From the IMG/VR virus record IMGVR_UViG_3300045988_162118, positions 1 through 62,599 of that record: a stretch of DNA of 62,599 bases; one strand, given 5' to 3'. Both the position numbers and the translations under genes were made by a program. The stretch comes from a virus (taxonomy: Duplodnaviria; Heunggongvirae; Uroviricota; Caudoviricetes). The notes below the pieces were generated by a model. The model was not told the origin of the DNA and made no database searches. It worked only from the letters and a program-made list of their open reading frames with translations. The first letter of the stretch is position 1; each line of letters opens with the position of its first letter. Shown here in pieces: positions 1 through 11,235 of the stretch.

Positions 1-1183
1 ATGCTGCACCATTGCATTTCAGCCACCCCGTTGGCGGTGTGGCTGAGGGCCATGGAATAGGTACACCAACGGGCAGCGCCGAGCCTTCCCCTAAACCAAG
101 GTAATCAAGAACGCTCTGAATACTGGTCTTACCAAGAATGGCGCGTCCAACACTTGTCAATGCAGTTAACGCGGCACGATCAACACCTGTGAAATAAGGG
201 AGTTTATCTGCTGCTGTAGCTAGTGCCGCTAGAGCAGTGAGCGTAGCGTCTGCCGCTTGCTTTCCATTAGCCAAATCATATGCAGCCTTGACAGCTTTCG
301 GTGTGGCGGCCAGCACTTCAGACGTGCTGTTAGTGGCACTACTGAGCTGAGTGATGCCTTTCGCTGTCAATGAAGCTGTTGGCACACCAGTGATCTGATT
401 CCAGGGATGTGTATGACTGGATGGTGCCTTTCCGGCTGCTAGATCGTATGCAGCTTTAACCGCTTTTGGAGTTGCAGCTAATGTTTCAGAAGTGCTGTTG
501 GTGTCGCTACTGAGCTGAACTATCCCTTTTTGTGTCGTGGTTGCATCCTGCGCCGTATACTTGCTTTTCGCCAGATCGTAGGCTTTTTTAACTGCCAGCG
601 AACTCGCAGCAACATCACTTCTGGTACTGGTTACAGAGTCTGAAATATCAATGCCGATCGTGCGGTTGATACGCTCGGATGTATCAATCATCTCTTGAGT
701 AATGGTAGATACGCCAGCAGGGATATTCACCGTACAAACCAGCAGTTCCCCATCACCTAACTGATATGAATCGGTATAGGTTCTGGCAACAAATTCAGCT
801 GCATGAATATGTGACGCGGTATTAACCTGATAGGTATCTTCTCCAAGAAGGTATCTTCCCTTCAGCACAATTGCATATTTCTTGCCTGCGTTAAGTGCAA
901 GAGAGATATCCTTACGATGCTGAATAGTTACCTGGTAGAATTCACCAATATCCACTGACGCCGCGCCAGCGGTTTTATCTCCATCCACTGAGGTGATTAA
1001 CAGGTTCATCCCACCGCCAGGCTTAGGCAAGAAACCAGCATAAAATCCCGGGTCAACAATTCCCCTGAATTTTCGGTTTAGAGCGGCTGACAGATATGGT
1101 TCGTGGTATTGCACATCAGCCACCAGAGCCAACGACTCGGGTGATGGGTAAGTAACCGATGTAACAACTGTAACGTCATTCAT
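1..1183 (-). CDS. S: tail fibre protein S, N-terminal part (3' end lies beyond window start)
   Basis: Not in ORF track because it runs off the edge. ATG at 1181-1183 (minus) with AAGGA RBS; translation starts MNDVTVVTSVTYPSPESLALV; two tandem fibre repeats (TQKGIVQLSS.TNSTSE.LAATPKAVKAAYDLA) and IPWPSATPPTGWLKCNG tail-collar-like segment. Confidence 0.8.
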   Translation of the reverse strand, partial: MNDVTVVTSVTYPSPESLALVADVQYHEPYLSAALNRKFRGIVDPGFYAGFLPKPGGGMNLLITSVDGDKTAGAASVDIGEFYQVTIQHRKDISLALNAGKKYAIVLKGRYLLGEDTYQVNTASHIHAAEFVARTYTDSYQLGDGELLVCTVNIPAGVSTITQEMIDTSERINRTIGIDISDSVTSTRSDVAASSLAVKKAYDLAKSKYTAQDATTTQKGIVQLSSDTNSTSETLAATPKAVKAAYDLAAGKAPSSHTHPWNQITGVPTASLTAKGITQLSSATNSTSEVLAATPKAVKAAYDLANGKQAADATLTALAALATAADKLPYFTGVDRAALTALTSVGRAILGKTSIQSVLDYLGLGEGSALPVGVPIPWPSATPPTGWLKCNGAA

Positions 1184-1194
1184 CAAGCATATCC

Positions 1195-1629
1195 TTATGC
1201 TGTAGTCGAGTTTATGGCCATAACTGCGGTATATGTTTTGCCCACATACAGCGAGTCTTCCTGGACACAAATAATGGCGATTGGCTTATTCTCGTTATCC
1301 AGAACAACCAGAGTGTTGAATGGGTAGTTTTTCCCTTCCTGCAACTGACTTTGATCAAGGTCCATTCGGACAGTAATTATCCCGCCTGAGTAGGTTGGGA
1401 CGAGGTTGATGGTGCAAAATTGACTGGTCAGTTCTGCCAGATCGAAAGCCTTTGGCAGTTCTCCAATCTCATAAGTGCCATCTCCTTTCTTAGTAACCAG
1501 TGAACTGGTACCGAAAACGGCCTTGCTGATTAAAAATCGAGAGCCTTTGTTAATGGACGATTCAGCGCGCCGCTGATAGTAATAGTCCAACAACTGACTC
1601 TTATAGAGGTTTGTTGAGACGTCAGACAT
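1195..1629 (-). CDS. R: small protein immediately upstream of S in the tail fibre operon (P1 gene R position)
   Basis: 144-aa ORF, same strand, stop 12 bp before S start; assignment by synteny only. Confidence 0.45.
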   Translation of the reverse strand: MSDVSTNLYKSQLLDYYYQRRAESSINKGSRFLISKAVFGTSSLVTKKGDGTYEIGELPKAFDLAELTSQFCTINLVPTYSGGIITVRMDLDQSQLQEGKNYPFNTLVVLDNENKPIAIICVQEDSLYVGKTYTAVMAINSTTA

Positions 1630-1707
1630 GATTTTCCCTAATCAATGTTGTGAAGCCTCATTGTAAGATAAGTAACTTGTCACCCCGCCCTGCGGACGGG
1701 GTGATTG

Positions 1708-2547
1708 TCACGCATCGCTATCCAACAGCAAATCATCTGCGCGGGTGCGATCAAACGTAGGCGTTGCTTTCACAATAGTGCCGCCCGGCGTTGCAGTGAT
1801 CGGGGCGTTAATCGACGTAACTTCAGTAAGCGAAGTTGTATCCGAAGTTTCAAACCAGCAGAATGCTTTTTCGGTATCAGAAATCTCATTCAAAGTGATC
1901 ATGTCGGCCTGTTCATTTACAACAACCGACAAATAGAGCGTAAGCCCATCAAACACTATATGCAGTGGCAGTAGAGGCTTTACGAACTGATTAAACTTTC
2001 TGAGAATTTCTTCTGTAATTGCGGACTGATCTATCGTTCCAGTAATACCCATTGTCCGGGCCAGGTCGTTTATGGGAATACTGATCATTCCTCTGGAAGT
2101 CAGAAACATCTCGCCGAATGTGCCGCCGGTGGTTTCCAGTGTGCTTTCTGGAATCAGGACCGTGCCATAGGGATGACGTTCAAAGTCCACCGGAGCATAT
2201 ATGGGATCCCATAAAACCGATATACCGTTAAATTCGCGATAAATTGTCTGGTTTATAGGGCGTTCAGTACCCTTAAAATGGATCTCATCAAACCGCTGTT
2301 GTAACAACATCGGAACGGAAGATGAATTCGACGTTCTGATAGTAAAAAACTGGCCAAGTTCATTTGTCCTAGTCTCCAGATCCTCCTTGCTCATGGAGAA
2401 AATAGACTTCCGGTTGGTAATTCGCTCCAACCATGGGTCAACAAAGGTGTCCATCATTGACTGAACCAAATCAGCCAATGATTTATAAAGTAATGACTTT
2501 TGCTTAGCTGATGTAAGCCGGTTATTAAACCAGGAACGCTGCATCAC
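1708..2547 (-). CDS. virion/baseplate-associated protein (P1 gene 16 position)
   Basis: 279-aa ORF in tail operon between R and the Sit block; synteny only. Confidence 0.4.
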   Translation of the reverse strand: MMQRSWFNNRLTSAKQKSLLYKSLADLVQSMMDTFVDPWLERITNRKSIFSMSKEDLETRTNELGQFFTIRTSNSSSVPMLLQQRFDEIHFKGTERPINQTIYREFNGISVLWDPIYAPVDFERHPYGTVLIPESTLETTGGTFGEMFLTSRGMISIPINDLARTMGITGTIDQSAITEEILRKFNQFVKPLLPLHIVFDGLTLYLSVVVNEQADMITLNEISDTEKAFCWFETSDTTSLTEVTSINAPITATPGGTIVKATPTFDRTRADDLLLDSDA

Positions 2548-3977
2548 TCCTCCTCATACGAAATATTAAAGGTGGAGTTTTCTGTATCCAGATAAACGAA
2601 ATCGTAAAAGCCGTTGGACTCATTCCACTCGACAAATTCCAGATAAAAGTCGCGGAAATAACCCAGCGTTTCGATAAATGCCCAAACGTCTTTTTTCTTG
2701 ATTAGGATGTACTTGCCGACACGGTTCGGATCAAAGAAAGTTGAGTCACGCCCAAATTTTGTTTCCAGTGCCGACTTCAGCTCATCAGTCACGTTCTCAA
2801 TGGTCAGGCTTGCCGATATCCGCCCAGTGATGGTGATCTTAAAGGGGAGTTTTCTGACCTCTTTATACGAGAATTTCTTGTTCAACTCATTCGGCACCTT
2901 CTTAAAGGCAGCCAGGATCATTTCTTCAAGCTCTGACTGGCTTTTGTTTGGATGCCATCCTGAAATAAATATCTTATTGATATTCCGAACATTATAAGCA
3001 CCATCTAATTTCTCTTGCTGGCCTTCGCCCCATGCCTTTACCCAGGACAGTCCCGGGATGTTACGCACCAGAAAATACGTATAGTCCCCGCCCCATACGA
3101 CCTGATCATCATAGGCAAGGTAATATTGTGCACGGTTACGTGTGATCTCCGTTGTTTCGGCATCGGTACCTGCGGTTATAGGTGTCGTTGTCTTAACTGA
3201 AATCAAATTAGCTAAATTAGCCGCAGAATCGACAGGCGTCAGGTTTTGGCCAGCAACCAGGGTTATATCGCCGTTGGTGCACCATACCTTAAGCGTAATG
3301 GTCGAGCCTTCTGGCGGTATTTGCCCAATTAGCCCATCACCGAATCGAACCCCCAACTGCTCGGATGGTTTATAAAACTCAACGTAGACCTGGCTTTTAC
3401 TACCGGCTAACCGGAACATAGTGCTGGAAGACCACTGCGTGGTCTTACCATCGGTCGTCACGAATACTTCCAGCTTATAGCAGACAGCAGTGAGAGCCTT
3501 TGATAACACGACTTCCAGAAATTCTTTGGCTGCCGTAACGGTATATGTCACCTCCTGGATTTCCAACTGTGCCACTTCTACCGTACCGGTGCCGTCAACC
3601 AACCTGCATACATCCATAGTCATGTAAGGATACTGGTCGTCAGATATTAAAGGCATGTTTTTGGGGATTACCGCTGGGGCATCTTCACTTGTGGCGGGGA
3701 TCTCAATCATCCCCGATGACGGTGTTGGCTTGGTACCAACGTAACTATTCGTTTCTGCCGCTGCCAGGATAGAAGAACGCCGCGTCGCGGTCGATATAAA
3801 GCCTTCAGCCAGCGCCGCATCGGCATACTGAAAGCACCTGTAGACAATCTGGGTAATAAACAATGTCAGCATCGAGACAAATTGAGAGCCGACAAACTTC
3901 GACCAGAATGAATCTTTCTCGACAAGCTCTTCAAACTCTGCACGAATACTGTCTTTAGTAGGTGTTGTTTTACTCAT
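2544..3977 (-). CDS. baseplate-like structural protein (P1 bplA position)
   Basis: 477-aa ORF, start overlaps upstream stop, tail operon context. Confidence 0.4.
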   Translation of the reverse strand: MSKTTPTKDSIRAEFEELVEKDSFWSKFVGSQFVSMLTLFITQIVYRCFQYADAALAEGFISTATRRSSILAAAETNSYVGTKPTPSSGMIEIPATSEDAPAVIPKNMPLISDDQYPYMTMDVCRLVDGTGTVEVAQLEIQEVTYTVTAAKEFLEVVLSKALTAVCYKLEVFVTTDGKTTQWSSSTMFRLAGSKSQVYVEFYKPSEQLGVRFGDGLIGQIPPEGSTITLKVWCTNGDITLVAGQNLTPVDSAANLANLISVKTTTPITAGTDAETTEITRNRAQYYLAYDDQVVWGGDYTYFLVRNIPGLSWVKAWGEGQQEKLDGAYNVRNINKIFISGWHPNKSQSELEEMILAAFKKVPNELNKKFSYKEVRKLPFKITITGRISASLTIENVTDELKSALETKFGRDSTFFDPNRVGKYILIKKKDVWAFIETLGYFRDFYLEFVEWNESNGFYDFVYLDTENSTFNISYEEE

Positions 3978-4333
3978 AGCACCACGTCCTGTGTGATAGT
4001 TATATCCCTGATACGAATGGATATTTTCAACTTATCAAAAGCATCTCCCTCGGCTACTGACAAGCCAGAAATCGGTATGTCGGGTAAATCTACCGTCAGT
4101 TTTTGCAAAAGCATTGCCTCAACCGCAATTTGAACATGCGACAAGTTGGTCGGTTCGTGTTTAAACTGCGGTAAAACATTGCCCCATGACGGATCTCCGT
4201 ATACCTCACCCTGATAAGTGTTTAGCCACTCATATAAACGAGCGCCCCAGGCCTCCTCCTGGGACTCATACGTTTTTACGCCGGATAACTCCAGCGTCAG
4301 CAAAGGATCAATTTCGTTATTGTTGGCCATCAA
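3974..4333 (-). CDS. hypothetical morphogenesis protein
   Basis: 119-aa ORF translationally coupled between Sit and downstream structural ORF. Confidence 0.35.
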   Translation of the reverse strand: MMANNNEIDPLLTLELSGVKTYESQEEAWGARLYEWLNTYQGEVYGDPSWGNVLPQFKHEPTNLSHVQIAVEAMLLQKLTVDLPDIPISGLSVAEGDAFDKLKISIRIRDITITQDVVL

Positions 4334-7300
4334 TCAACTCTCGCGTAGTCATTCATCAACGGATCATCAATTGACAGTGGCACCGTGCGCATAACGCCCG
4401 GTTGAGGCGTGCTGACCTTTACGACAGTTCCCTGGCCTTTCGCCGAGTCTTTAGTGTGCTCTTCAATCCTGGCAAGCAATGAGGTCATCTGCGCAAACAG
4501 CCGCTTCGTTTCACCATCAAGTGAAACGGTATTATCAGCCAACTGCATTGTCGGCTTGGCACCGGAGCCGCCAAGGTCACTAATAACCTGTCCGTCTATC
4601 TGCATACGACCGGTTGGTTGCTGCAAATCGTTGGCGGCAGTCGTCACCTGGGACGTGGAGGCTGGTTCAGGCGCATTATTTTTCCGCATCCCCGGCGAGT
4701 TGCGGAGTTTATCAAATAGTCCATCAATCCCCATTTGTGCGCCGAGTTGGTCAAAGTAACTTGAGTTGCTGGCCACCGGACGCGCCTCTTCAACTGGCAT
4801 CGGAGTATCAACATACACATTGCCAGCTGCTGTTGCGGTCCCCTTCCCTCGTGCACGTTCTTCGAGCGTTCCCTGAACGACTTCCCGACGCATACCCCGG
4901 CCATTCATGAATTTGTTGACCAGATCGTTAACGCCAACAGCATTGCCAATTTTGTCTACCAGACCGCCTTTCTCAAACGGGCTATCACCAGGGGTAAACG
5001 CCAGGCCAGTAGACTGATCGATAACAGCGTTATCAGGCAGTGGTCCCCTCACTCCATATTGCGCCCCACCCTGTGCTCCTGCTCCAGGTGTATAGATTTC
5101 ACCACCTAAATAGCGAGCACGATGAGTATTGACCTTGATCGCGTACTCACGGTTTTCTTTCGATAAGTCACCTGTGCCTTTTTTCCACTTATTGATAGTG
5201 CCAAACCCAGCATTATATGCAGTGATGGCCTCGTTTAAGTCTCCATTGGCTTGCTTCAGATATTTGCTCATGAGAAGAGCCGCAGCTTCTGCCGATTTCA
5301 CAGGATCAAACGATTCACCTTCAGCTAAGCCAGTCTCTTCACGAGCAATCCCCGTGAACTGAAACATCCCCAGAGCACCGGTTTGGGATTTTGCATACGG
5401 ATTACCACCAGATTCAGTTGCAGCAATCGCGTAAAGAGTGCCTTCTGGAAGACCGTATTTATTCTCTAGTTCGGCAAAATACGGAGCCAACTTATCGAGA
5501 TTTGCCTTACCTTCAGCGCCAAGACTTCCGACTTTTACATCCAAGTTGCCATTGTTGTAGGTATCCGCAGCTTTCTGAATGTCATTCCTGGTGCCAGTGG
5601 TATTAAGCGACGATGATGACGAGCTATTTTGACCAATAGCTTTATCAATTTTCTGCAACGCGCTATTGCCCGTTTCTACGGCATTTGCATTGATAATCTG
5701 ATTAGCAGTTTCTTTAACTGTTTTATTGCTATCTTTCGCCGTGTCCAGTGCCGCATTTATCACGCGGGTAACAATATTAGTCTGTTTGGCATCGGATTCA
5801 GTTTTAGAATCAGATGTCTCCTGGTGGCTATTAACCGGAGCTTTTAACTCTGGAGTGATTTCTTTCGCATTAGCCTCGCCGATCGGATTGGGTATTTTTG
5901 ATACAATCATTGCCGCAGGGGTATTTTTAACGGCATCAACCGCTGCATCTAATGCTTTACCGGGGAAATTTTTAACCCCATCCCAAATATTACCAGCCGC
6001 CTCTTTAATATGTTTCCCTGGGTTCTTAATGAAATCAATTGCACTATCAATTGCATCACTGAAAACCTGTTTCAGGTTATCGACAGTAAAGAAGTCTTTG
6101 ATGGCATCCAGCTTTTCAAGCAGCTTATTAGATGTATCGCTAAACCATGCTGAAACAGCATCACCAATCTTTGCTGTGTAATCATCGAACTTGGTAGAAA
6201 TGGTGTCGCCAAGGTTAGAAATATATGTTTCTAAGTTGGTAATCCCACTATCAATGGCCTGGGCAATACTTTCCGTCGAAAATGATTGCAACATATTGCC
6301 GATATCCTCAAATCCAAGTGATTTGAGAACCTCACCAATGGCGCTGCTAATACCAGATACCAGTCCCCCCATATCAAGAACATTAGCTAACGTATAAGCG
6401 GCTTTTTGCTGGAATGATGGATCTTGTCCTGATTTAAGCCCAAACGCTCGACGTTGCGCTTCTGTATCATTCCAACCGGTTACCGCATCATAAATACCTC
6501 CAGCCACTGTGCCGACTAGGGGAATTGCGCGTAACGCCCCTTTACCAACTGCCTTTAATCCAAGTTTACCTGCTGCCCGGGCAGCCAAATCTCCGCCTTC
6601 ATGGGCGAGAGTCTTCTTGCCACCACCGCGTAGCATTCCTACAAGTTTCTTTGCCCCCAGAGCGCCAAAAGCGAGTGCTCCAGCTTTTTTCAGCATGCCA
6701 CGCCCCATTAACAACGACGCGACGCCACCGGCCCCCTTCCCTAACAGGCTAAATAGTTTGGACAGCAAGCCGCCCTTCTTTTTCCCGGTGTTTTTGGCTA
6801 TCTGATCAAGGGCGCGGAGAATCTTGTCATTGCCCTCTTTAATTTCGCTGGTCTGCTCCTGAAGTTCCTGAACCGTCCGTTTTTGGGTGTTAACCTGAAC
6901 GACATCGGCACTATTTTGCGATTTACGCCTAAAAAAACCTTTTCTACGGCTGTTATCGTCATTGCCACGAATCACATCGGCAATAGACTTTCTGGCACCA
7001 TTAAGCGATCCACCAACTTCTTTTGATATCCCGCCAAGCTCCTTCCCTGCTGCCCACAATGGACCAGCAACGGCATAACCTAACGCATCGACGGCACGAG
7101 TCTCTGAAGGGTTACCTATGCCTTCAGCTACTTTTGACAGTTTTTTTAATAAACCTGATTCAGCATTTAGACGCTCATCATCCTCTTTGCGCCTAGCCTT
7201 TTCAGCACGTTCAGCACGGGCATCTTCCGCTGCGGCCTTACTCCCTGACTTTCCAATAAAACGACCACGCGCATCGCGTTGGTTTTGGCTTTTTTGCGCA

Positions 7301-7722
7301 CCGCCTTTTTGACCGAACATTTCGCGAGCGTGTTCGGCTGCTTCGGTCCGTTGCGCCTTTACATCTTCTGTTATAGCCTTCTTGCGTCGTTTTTTACCCT
7401 TTCGCGTAGTTGATTTGGCCTGCGGTTCCTGTAGAGCAACATCCTCCTGAACTACACGAGAAACGTCCCCTAAATTAAGCCGTTTCATTGCCTCAACAAT
7501 AGGGTCCACTGATGGCGCATTGGCCACAAAGTCTGGCCGGGAATTTTCGATTGTGCGATTTAATGCCGACACACTGCGAGAGACAGGATCAACTGTAGCA
7601 ACTCGCCCCCCTTTCAAATCTTCAACGGCTTCCCGAATACCTGCAAGCTCTTCCAGCTCTTTTGCGCTGGCGGTTTCAACCGTCCTTATCACATCGTCAA
7701 TGTTGGCGTTTTTTCTTTCCAT
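4330..7722 (-). CDS. sit: tail injection transglycosylase / tape-measure-like protein with lytic transglycosylase domain
   Basis: 1130 aa; Gly/Ala/Lys-rich N-terminal half; SLT-like motif ATESGGNPYAKSQTGALGMFQF; size and position match P1 Sit. Confidence 0.75.
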   Translation of the reverse strand: MERKNANIDDVIRTVETASAKELEELAGIREAVEDLKGGRVATVDPVSRSVSALNRTIENSRPDFVANAPSVDPIVEAMKRLNLGDVSRVVQEDVALQEPQAKSTTRKGKKRRKKAITEDVKAQRTEAAEHAREMFGQKGGAQKSQNQRDARGRFIGKSGSKAAAEDARAERAEKARRKEDDERLNAESGLLKKLSKVAEGIGNPSETRAVDALGYAVAGPLWAAGKELGGISKEVGGSLNGARKSIADVIRGNDDNSRRKGFFRRKSQNSADVVQVNTQKRTVQELQEQTSEIKEGNDKILRALDQIAKNTGKKKGGLLSKLFSLLGKGAGGVASLLMGRGMLKKAGALAFGALGAKKLVGMLRGGGKKTLAHEGGDLAARAAGKLGLKAVGKGALRAIPLVGTVAGGIYDAVTGWNDTEAQRRAFGLKSGQDPSFQQKAAYTLANVLDMGGLVSGISSAIGEVLKSLGFEDIGNMLQSFSTESIAQAIDSGITNLETYISNLGDTISTKFDDYTAKIGDAVSAWFSDTSNKLLEKLDAIKDFFTVDNLKQVFSDAIDSAIDFIKNPGKHIKEAAGNIWDGVKNFPGKALDAAVDAVKNTPAAMIVSKIPNPIGEANAKEITPELKAPVNSHQETSDSKTESDAKQTNIVTRVINAALDTAKDSNKTVKETANQIINANAVETGNSALQKIDKAIGQNSSSSSSLNTTGTRNDIQKAADTYNNGNLDVKVGSLGAEGKANLDKLAPYFAELENKYGLPEGTLYAIAATESGGNPYAKSQTGALGMFQFTGIAREETGLAEGESFDPVKSAEAAALLMSKYLKQANGDLNEAITAYNAGFGTINKWKKGTGDLSKENREYAIKVNTHRARYLGGEIYTPGAGAQGGAQYGVRGPLPDNAVIDQSTGLAFTPGDSPFEKGGLVDKIGNAVGVNDLVNKFMNGRGMRREVVQGTLEERARGKGTATAAGNVYVDTPMPVEEARPVASNSSYFDQLGAQMGIDGLFDKLRNSPGMRKNNAPEPASTSQVTTAANDLQQPTGRMQIDGQVISDLGGSGAKPTMQLADNTVSLDGETKRLFAQMTSLLARIEEHTKDSAKGQGTVVKVSTPQPGVMRTVPLSIDDPLMNDYARVD

Positions 7723-7803
7723 GATCTTATCGCCTACCGCTTCGGTTTAAGTTTTTCTTCCAGTTTCTCCAACAGGAAAAACGCATAGGATTCAGTGAGC
7801 CTT

Positions 7804-8685
7804 TCAGCGTCCTGAATCGGTATACCCCCATACAAAACCAGGTTGGACACTAAGGTCTGATAGCTTTTCAATCCCCACCTGTGGAATGAAGTCGGTAGCC
7901 CGAAAGGGCACCCACAGACGGGTATACGCACCCTCTGTGGACTCCTTTGTATCCTGGTTTGGGCATTTGTGCGGCGGGAGACGAAGACGCATTTCGCCTT
8001 TATCGATGTAGCACGGTAAACCATGTTCGAGCTTTTCATGAGCCAGCCGGATGTGTGCCGCCAGCTTCATAAATTCAGTATCAATGGCCATCCGTTTGAT
8101 CGTTTCATAACGACGCTCAGCCTGCTCTTCACGAGTACCGCTAACATCGTTATAAAGTTCACACTGATAAGCGAATTCCCAAAAACGCAAATCAACGATC
8201 GCTTCTTTGAATTCCGCGTCGTCTTCAGGTGGCAATGCTGCACGGCGCATCTCCAGCATTTCCATTGCCCAACCATCAAGCGGCACGATACGCCATTGAT
8301 AAGGCACGCCCTCTACAGACACCTCAATATCGTCAATGAACGGTTCCACTTCCAGGACCTGGATATCTTCAGCCAGAGCATTCATATCGCAATCGTAATA
8401 ATGCTCTTTACCGCAATGTTTACAGGTGTAGGTGAATGTCTCGACCGGTGTTTCACGGGAGCCAGTAAATATCCACCATAACGCGGTAATCCGGTCCTGC
8501 GCCGTCCATGTCAGGGGATCATATTTCGCGGGTTCAGCCAGCAAGACTTTTAAATACGCCGTTGTCTGTTGTTCTTGTTCCTCCGGTGTTATCGAGTTGA
8601 AACGCATCGCATCAGCAATATTTGGCTGACGGAACTGGATCAATTCAGTTGGCCGCGATGGTAGCGGGAAAAGAGGTAAAAGCAT
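7804..8685 (-). CDS. hypothetical morphogenesis protein (pmgB position)
   Basis: 293-aa ORF upstream of sit on same strand. Confidence 0.35.
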   Translation of the reverse strand: MLLPLFPLPSRPTELIQFRQPNIADAMRFNSITPEEQEQQTTAYLKVLLAEPAKYDPLTWTAQDRITALWWIFTGSRETPVETFTYTCKHCGKEHYYDCDMNALAEDIQVLEVEPFIDDIEVSVEGVPYQWRIVPLDGWAMEMLEMRRAALPPEDDAEFKEAIVDLRFWEFAYQCELYNDVSGTREEQAERRYETIKRMAIDTEFMKLAAHIRLAHEKLEHGLPCYIDKGEMRLRLPPHKCPNQDTKESTEGAYTRLWVPFRATDFIPQVGIEKLSDLSVQPGFVWGYTDSGR

Positions 8686-8699
8686 CCTTGCTCCTTAAT

Positions 8700-9311
8700 T
8701 CAAAGAGAAAAACTAAAGCCCAGAAGGGAAGCTAAAGAACTTGAGGATTGGTTAAACGTGCTGTGCAATGCGAAGGTCATTGGGAATGACTTAAATTCCG
8801 TAACCTGATCCCGCGCATAGGTGACATCGCCGGTAGTGACCGGGAATACCGTCATCTCATTTTCCAGTTTGGTTAAACCGGAGGACAGCAACCGATAAAT
8901 ACGCACATTGAGCAAATATTTAGACGGTATATTCCCGGTACCGTCCGGATTGATCACCCGACCTTTTGCCGTCTTAAACCAGTCCAAAACGAGGCCATCA
9001 ACGGTATCCCTGACCATCATTGTTATCTGCCCAGGCGAACGCTCCGTTGGCTGAAGGATATTCCCTCCGCCGATTTTAATCGTTTCATATTCGATGCTGT
9101 AATCGTGGTAGGTAATATCTTTGGCAAAGAAGTCTGCTCCCTCCAGTCCATCAACTTCGACAGAGAACTGCCATCCTTGCGCGAACAGCATTTTGTTCAT
9201 GATGATTGACGTCAGCTTACCAACTTCCCGCTCACCAACGCCGGAGCCAAATAATGTCGTCGTTAATGCCGAAGATACATAAGACTTTACTGAAGCAAGA
9301 TTAAGCCCCAT
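8700..9311 (-). CDS. hypothetical structural protein (tub position)
   Basis: 203-aa ORF, same operon. Confidence 0.35.
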   Translation of the reverse strand: MGLNLASVKSYVSSALTTTLFGSGVGEREVGKLTSIIMNKMLFAQGWQFSVEVDGLEGADFFAKDITYHDYSIEYETIKIGGGNILQPTERSPGQITMMVRDTVDGLVLDWFKTAKGRVINPDGTGNIPSKYLLNVRIYRLLSSGLTKLENEMTVFPVTTGDVTYARDQVTEFKSFPMTFALHSTFNQSSSSLASLLGFSFSL

Positions 9312-9321
9312 ATCAGCCCCC

Positions 9322-9912
<591 letters not shown>

Positions 9913-9946
9913 TTAACCGATTCTACGAGTAGTCATTTGTGACAGG

Positions 9947-10423
9947 TCATTTTGCGCGCTTCAGGCAGCCATCTTCAGGTGCCGCGTTGAAAAGCTCTGC
10001 GGCCTTACGTAGCGTAAATGTTGCGATTTTTTTTCCGTCTACGTATGCATCGAATGTTTTAACTTCCATATCAGGGGTATCTGACCAAAAACCATACCAG
10101 TAACTATCACCCACAGAGGAACCGATAGAACTGATAGGATATTCATCATCACCAACTTTAAGCGTTATTTGTTCTTTTTTAGCATCAAATGACTCACCGC
10201 CAGGTTCTGTTTTCATGAGAGTGAGTAGTCGTGTTCCTACTTGATTGGGATCCGTATTATTAAATCCAACATCGCACTCAAATGTAAGCGTATAATTATC
10301 TTTGCTGGAAACAGCATAAGAACGAACACCATGAGTCTCGCCGGTTGACCATTTGCTTACATTTGCCATTGATGAAAACGGAGTAAGCAAAGCAAGAACT
10401 AGTAAAAATCGTTTGATGCGCAT
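9947..10423 (-). CDS. secreted protein with N-terminal signal peptide (superimmunity sim-region candidate)
   Basis: 158 aa; MRIKRFLLVLALLTPFSSMA signal-like N-terminus. Confidence 0.4.
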   Translation of the reverse strand: MRIKRFLLVLALLTPFSSMANVSKWSTGETHGVRSYAVSSKDNYTLTFECDVGFNNTDPNQVGTRLLTLMKTEPGGESFDAKKEQITLKVGDDEYPISSIGSSVGDSYWYGFWSDTPDMEVKTFDAYVDGKKIATFTLRKAAELFNAAPEDGCLKRAK

Positions 10424-10474
10424 TAATTTATCTCCTTTGGATATTAATATTTTAATTAGTTAACCACCATATAT

Positions 10475-11122
10475 TCACCATTCATAGGGTAAATTAAGCG
10501 CTTTTAAACCTTGCTGGAAAGTATTAAGAGATCCGTTTTTTTGTTGTTCCATTTTTTCGCGTGCAGCTTTCTCATACTGCTCCATCCGTTGGTTATACTC
10601 TTGCAATTCCTCCGGGGAGAGGTTTCCCATTGGGGAGTTTGTACCCGGCCCCCTGGCCCGTTCTTCAAGCGTACCCTGAACGTTTTGATGGCGCATTCCT
10701 GGGGCATTTCTGATTGAGTCAATGCCATTTCTTCCAACATCTTCTTTATTAACGGCATTGCTCGCCACCAGCACCCCCCAGCTAGGGATAGCAAAATCAG
10801 GAGCGGTTTCGCATGCCTTTACCATATAATCGAAAGAGCTTCGATTGATCTCGTTTGCGTCGGGATTTAATAGGCGAGAATATTGATATTTAGCATTTTC
10901 GTTGGTTGCGACTTTATACAGTTCCTGCTGCACCATCGCTTCAGAAAGTTTAAGGCGCTTCATATCTGACAGTAACTTCTTGCGCATGGATTCGTCTTCA
11001 CTGACAGCAAATCCGTAAACGTGCCCAAGGTATTTCGTATAATCGGTACAAATCTCCTTTACGCTTGATGCTGCATTAACAGTCCCAGGCATAAATAATA
11101 ACGGTAGTAATAGTTTTCTCAT
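10475..11122 (-). CDS. secreted SimC-like protein candidate carrying a Sit-like motif
   Basis: Start moved to internal Met (MRKLLLPLLFMPGTVNA signal peptide; track ORF starts at 11149); contains GMRHQNVQGTLEERARGPGT, near-identical to a Sit segment. Confidence 0.4.
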   Translation of the reverse strand: MRKLLLPLLFMPGTVNAASSVKEICTDYTKYLGHVYGFAVSEDESMRKKLLSDMKRLKLSEAMVQQELYKVATNENAKYQYSRLLNPDANEINRSSFDYMVKACETAPDFAIPSWGVLVASNAVNKEDVGRNGIDSIRNAPGMRHQNVQGTLEERARGPGTNSPMGNLSPEELQEYNQRMEQYEKAAREKMEQQKNGSLNTFQQGLKALNLPYEW

Positions 11123-11218
11123 TATAACCTCACCTGCCTTATAACTCATTTAGGGTACATATTTTCGCCTTTAAAAAAAAGAGGTTATTAGATCCAATTG
11201 TGCATTTATTAAACAAAC

Positions 11219-11235
11219 AATGCTCTAATAAATTT
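11219..11235 (+). promoter_or_regulatory. C1 operator-like box upstream of the icd/ant operon
   Basis: AATGCTCTAATAAATTT, one mismatch to ATTGCTCTAATAAATTT. Confidence 0.5.

Noticed and set aside
240-520. About 90-bp tandem DNA repeats near the window start as possible CRISPR or satellite repeat
   Set aside because: They lie inside the S coding frame and encode repeated tail-fibre motifs; no spacer/repeat periodicity and no cas genes.
4409-7750. Multiple plus-strand ORFs of 60-150 aa inside the sit region
   Set aside because: All are antisense to the long sit reading frame and Ala/Pro/Ser-rich from GC-biased sequence; spurious.
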